NCBI GenBank assembly: GCA_963774265.1
Contig: CAVZDU010000001.1
Span: forward strand, 864,001 to 928,000
Direction of reading: 5' to 3'
DNA: 64,000 nucleotides
From: an uncultured Chloroflexia bacterium
Lineage (GTDB): Bacteria > Chloroflexota > Anaerolineae > CG2-30-64-16
The translations under genes and the position numbers were made by a program. This document shows positions 62,816 through 64,000 of this stretch, one piece after another (position 1 is the stretch's first letter; every line of letters starts with the position of its first letter). The notes under the pieces were generated by a model that worked only from the letters and a program-made list of their open reading frames with translations, was not told the origin of the DNA and did not search any database.

Positions 62816-64000
62816 CTACGCGCGCTCTAGCGCTGCGACGAGCTCGTCCACCCGAATCGGCTTGGCGAGGTAATCGTCCATCCCCGCCTCCAGACATAGC
62901 TCCCGGTCCCCGTGCATGGCGTTCGCCGTCATGGCAACGATGCGAGGGCGTTCGCCGCGCGGCCAGCGAGCACAGATCCGTTGGGTAGCCTCCAGTCCGT
63001 CCATCTCGGGCATCTGCACATCCATAAGCACGACATCGTAGGGCTGACGCTCGATTGCCTGGATGGCCTCTATACCGTTGCCAGCCACGTCCGCGCTGTA
63101 GCCCATCTGCGAGAGCAGGCGCAGCGCCAGCTTCTGGTTCACCGCGTTGTCCTCGGCCAGCAATATGCGCAGCGGATGCTCTGCCGCCAGATTGGCGCCC
63201 GCACGCGGTTGCTCGGCCGGCACGCGCACCGGGCGCTGCGGCTGTTGCGTCAGCACGTTCATCAGCGTGTTGAACAGCGCCGACGGCCGGATTGGCTTAG
63301 CCAGGTAAGCTGTGAACAAGGTCGTGTCACCGACCGCCTCCCGCTCGCCTATGGATGATGCCAGAATCAGAGGCAGCGGAGGCCGAGTTGCAGTTTTTCC
63401 ACCTTCAGCCTGGAGGGCCCGGATTGCGGCCGCCAGCTCGACGCCGGTCAAATCCGGCATCGCCATATCAAGGATGGCTACATCGAAGGTATCCCCGCGG
63501 CGGAGCCACGCCAGCGCCTCGCGCGGTGATCCGGTGTTGCGCGGCGTCATTCCCCAGCCGCGCGCTTGCATGACCAGAATGCGCCGATTGGTGGCGTTGT
63601 CATCCACGATCAGCAGGTGCCTGCCAGCCAGGTCCCGCTGCTCGCAGCGAAGGTGCGGACGAGCCGTCGTCTCAGGTGCAGCCTGCGTCTCGATGACGAA
63701 ACGGAACGTCGAGCCCTCACCGGCGCCCGTGCTCTCGGCCCACATCTTCCCACTCATCATCTCGACCAACCGCTTGCTCACAGCCAGCCCCAGGCCTGTG
63801 CCACCGTATTTGCGCGATGTCGAAGTGTCGACCTGGCTGAACGCCTGGAACAACCGATCCAGCCCATCCTGGGGGATTCCGATGCCGGTGTCGCGCACAC
63901 TAACATGCAGACGAATGCGTTCCGGCGGACAGGGTGCGATCTGGATCTCGTCTGCCGTAGCCTGGTCCAGCATCTCGAAGACTAACACCACCTCTCCTTG
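62816..64000 (-). CDS. Hybrid histidine kinase, C-terminal part (HATPase-REC-REC), truncated by window edge
   Basis: [29 protein letters not shown]. Confidence 0.9.
   Translation of the reverse strand, partial: QGEVVLVFEMLDQATADEIQIAPCPPERIRLHVSVRDTGIGIPQDGLDRLFQAFSQVDTSTSRKYGGTGLGLAVSKRLVEMMSGKMWAESTGAGEGSTFRFVIETQAAPETTARPHLRCEQRDLAGRHLLIVDDNATNRRILVMQARGWGMTPRNTGSPREALAWLRRGDTFDVAILDMAMPDLTGVELAAAIRALQAEGGKTATRPPLPLILASSIGEREAVGDTTLFTAYLAKPIRPSALFNTLMNVLTQQPQRPVRVPAEQPRAGANLAAEHPLRILLAEDNAVNQKLALRLLSQMGYSADVAGNGIEAIQAIERQPYDVVLMDVQMPEMDGLEATQRICARWPRGERPRIVAMTANAMHGDRELCLEAGMDDYLAKPIRVDELVAALERA

Overview
High-GC bacterial chromosomal segment, most consistent with Chloroflexota (Anaerolineae-like; inferred from protein style, not from a marker search). 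Left part: an uncharacterised sugar-phosphate cluster (GmhA-like SIS, ROK, HAD, PfkB), then an amino-sugar/peptidoglycan-recycling operon (GntR-HTH fused to NamZ, ABC importer, putative glycosidase, murQ, MurK-like kinase) preceded by a NagR/DasR-type operator. Next come a small integron-cassette-like remnant (comM fragment, hicAB, attC), two FemABX genes, two tRNA-Ala genes and housekeeping genes (leuS, ridA, rpsA, clpC, proS, pcm, rfbD). A 140-bp MITE with an 8-bp target duplication lies upstream of a MazEF-type pair. The right ~20 kb (all minus strand) is the most interesting: three hybrid histidine kinases, an Hpt, a REC-adenylate cyclase-HD protein and a Crp regulator. These are followed by a near-consensus CRP box, an NHLP/Os1348-type leader protein with 12 tandem 16-aa His/Met-containing repeats, and an RRE-M50 peptidase with two cNMP-binding domains. 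This looks like a cAMP-gated RiPP-like processing system. One kinase contains a circularly permuted sugar-binding domain inserted in a GAF domain, and several signalling proteins carry in-frame palindromic DNA inserts. Seven single-base frameshifts suggest sequencing errors. All family assignments are from motif recognition; no database searches were run.
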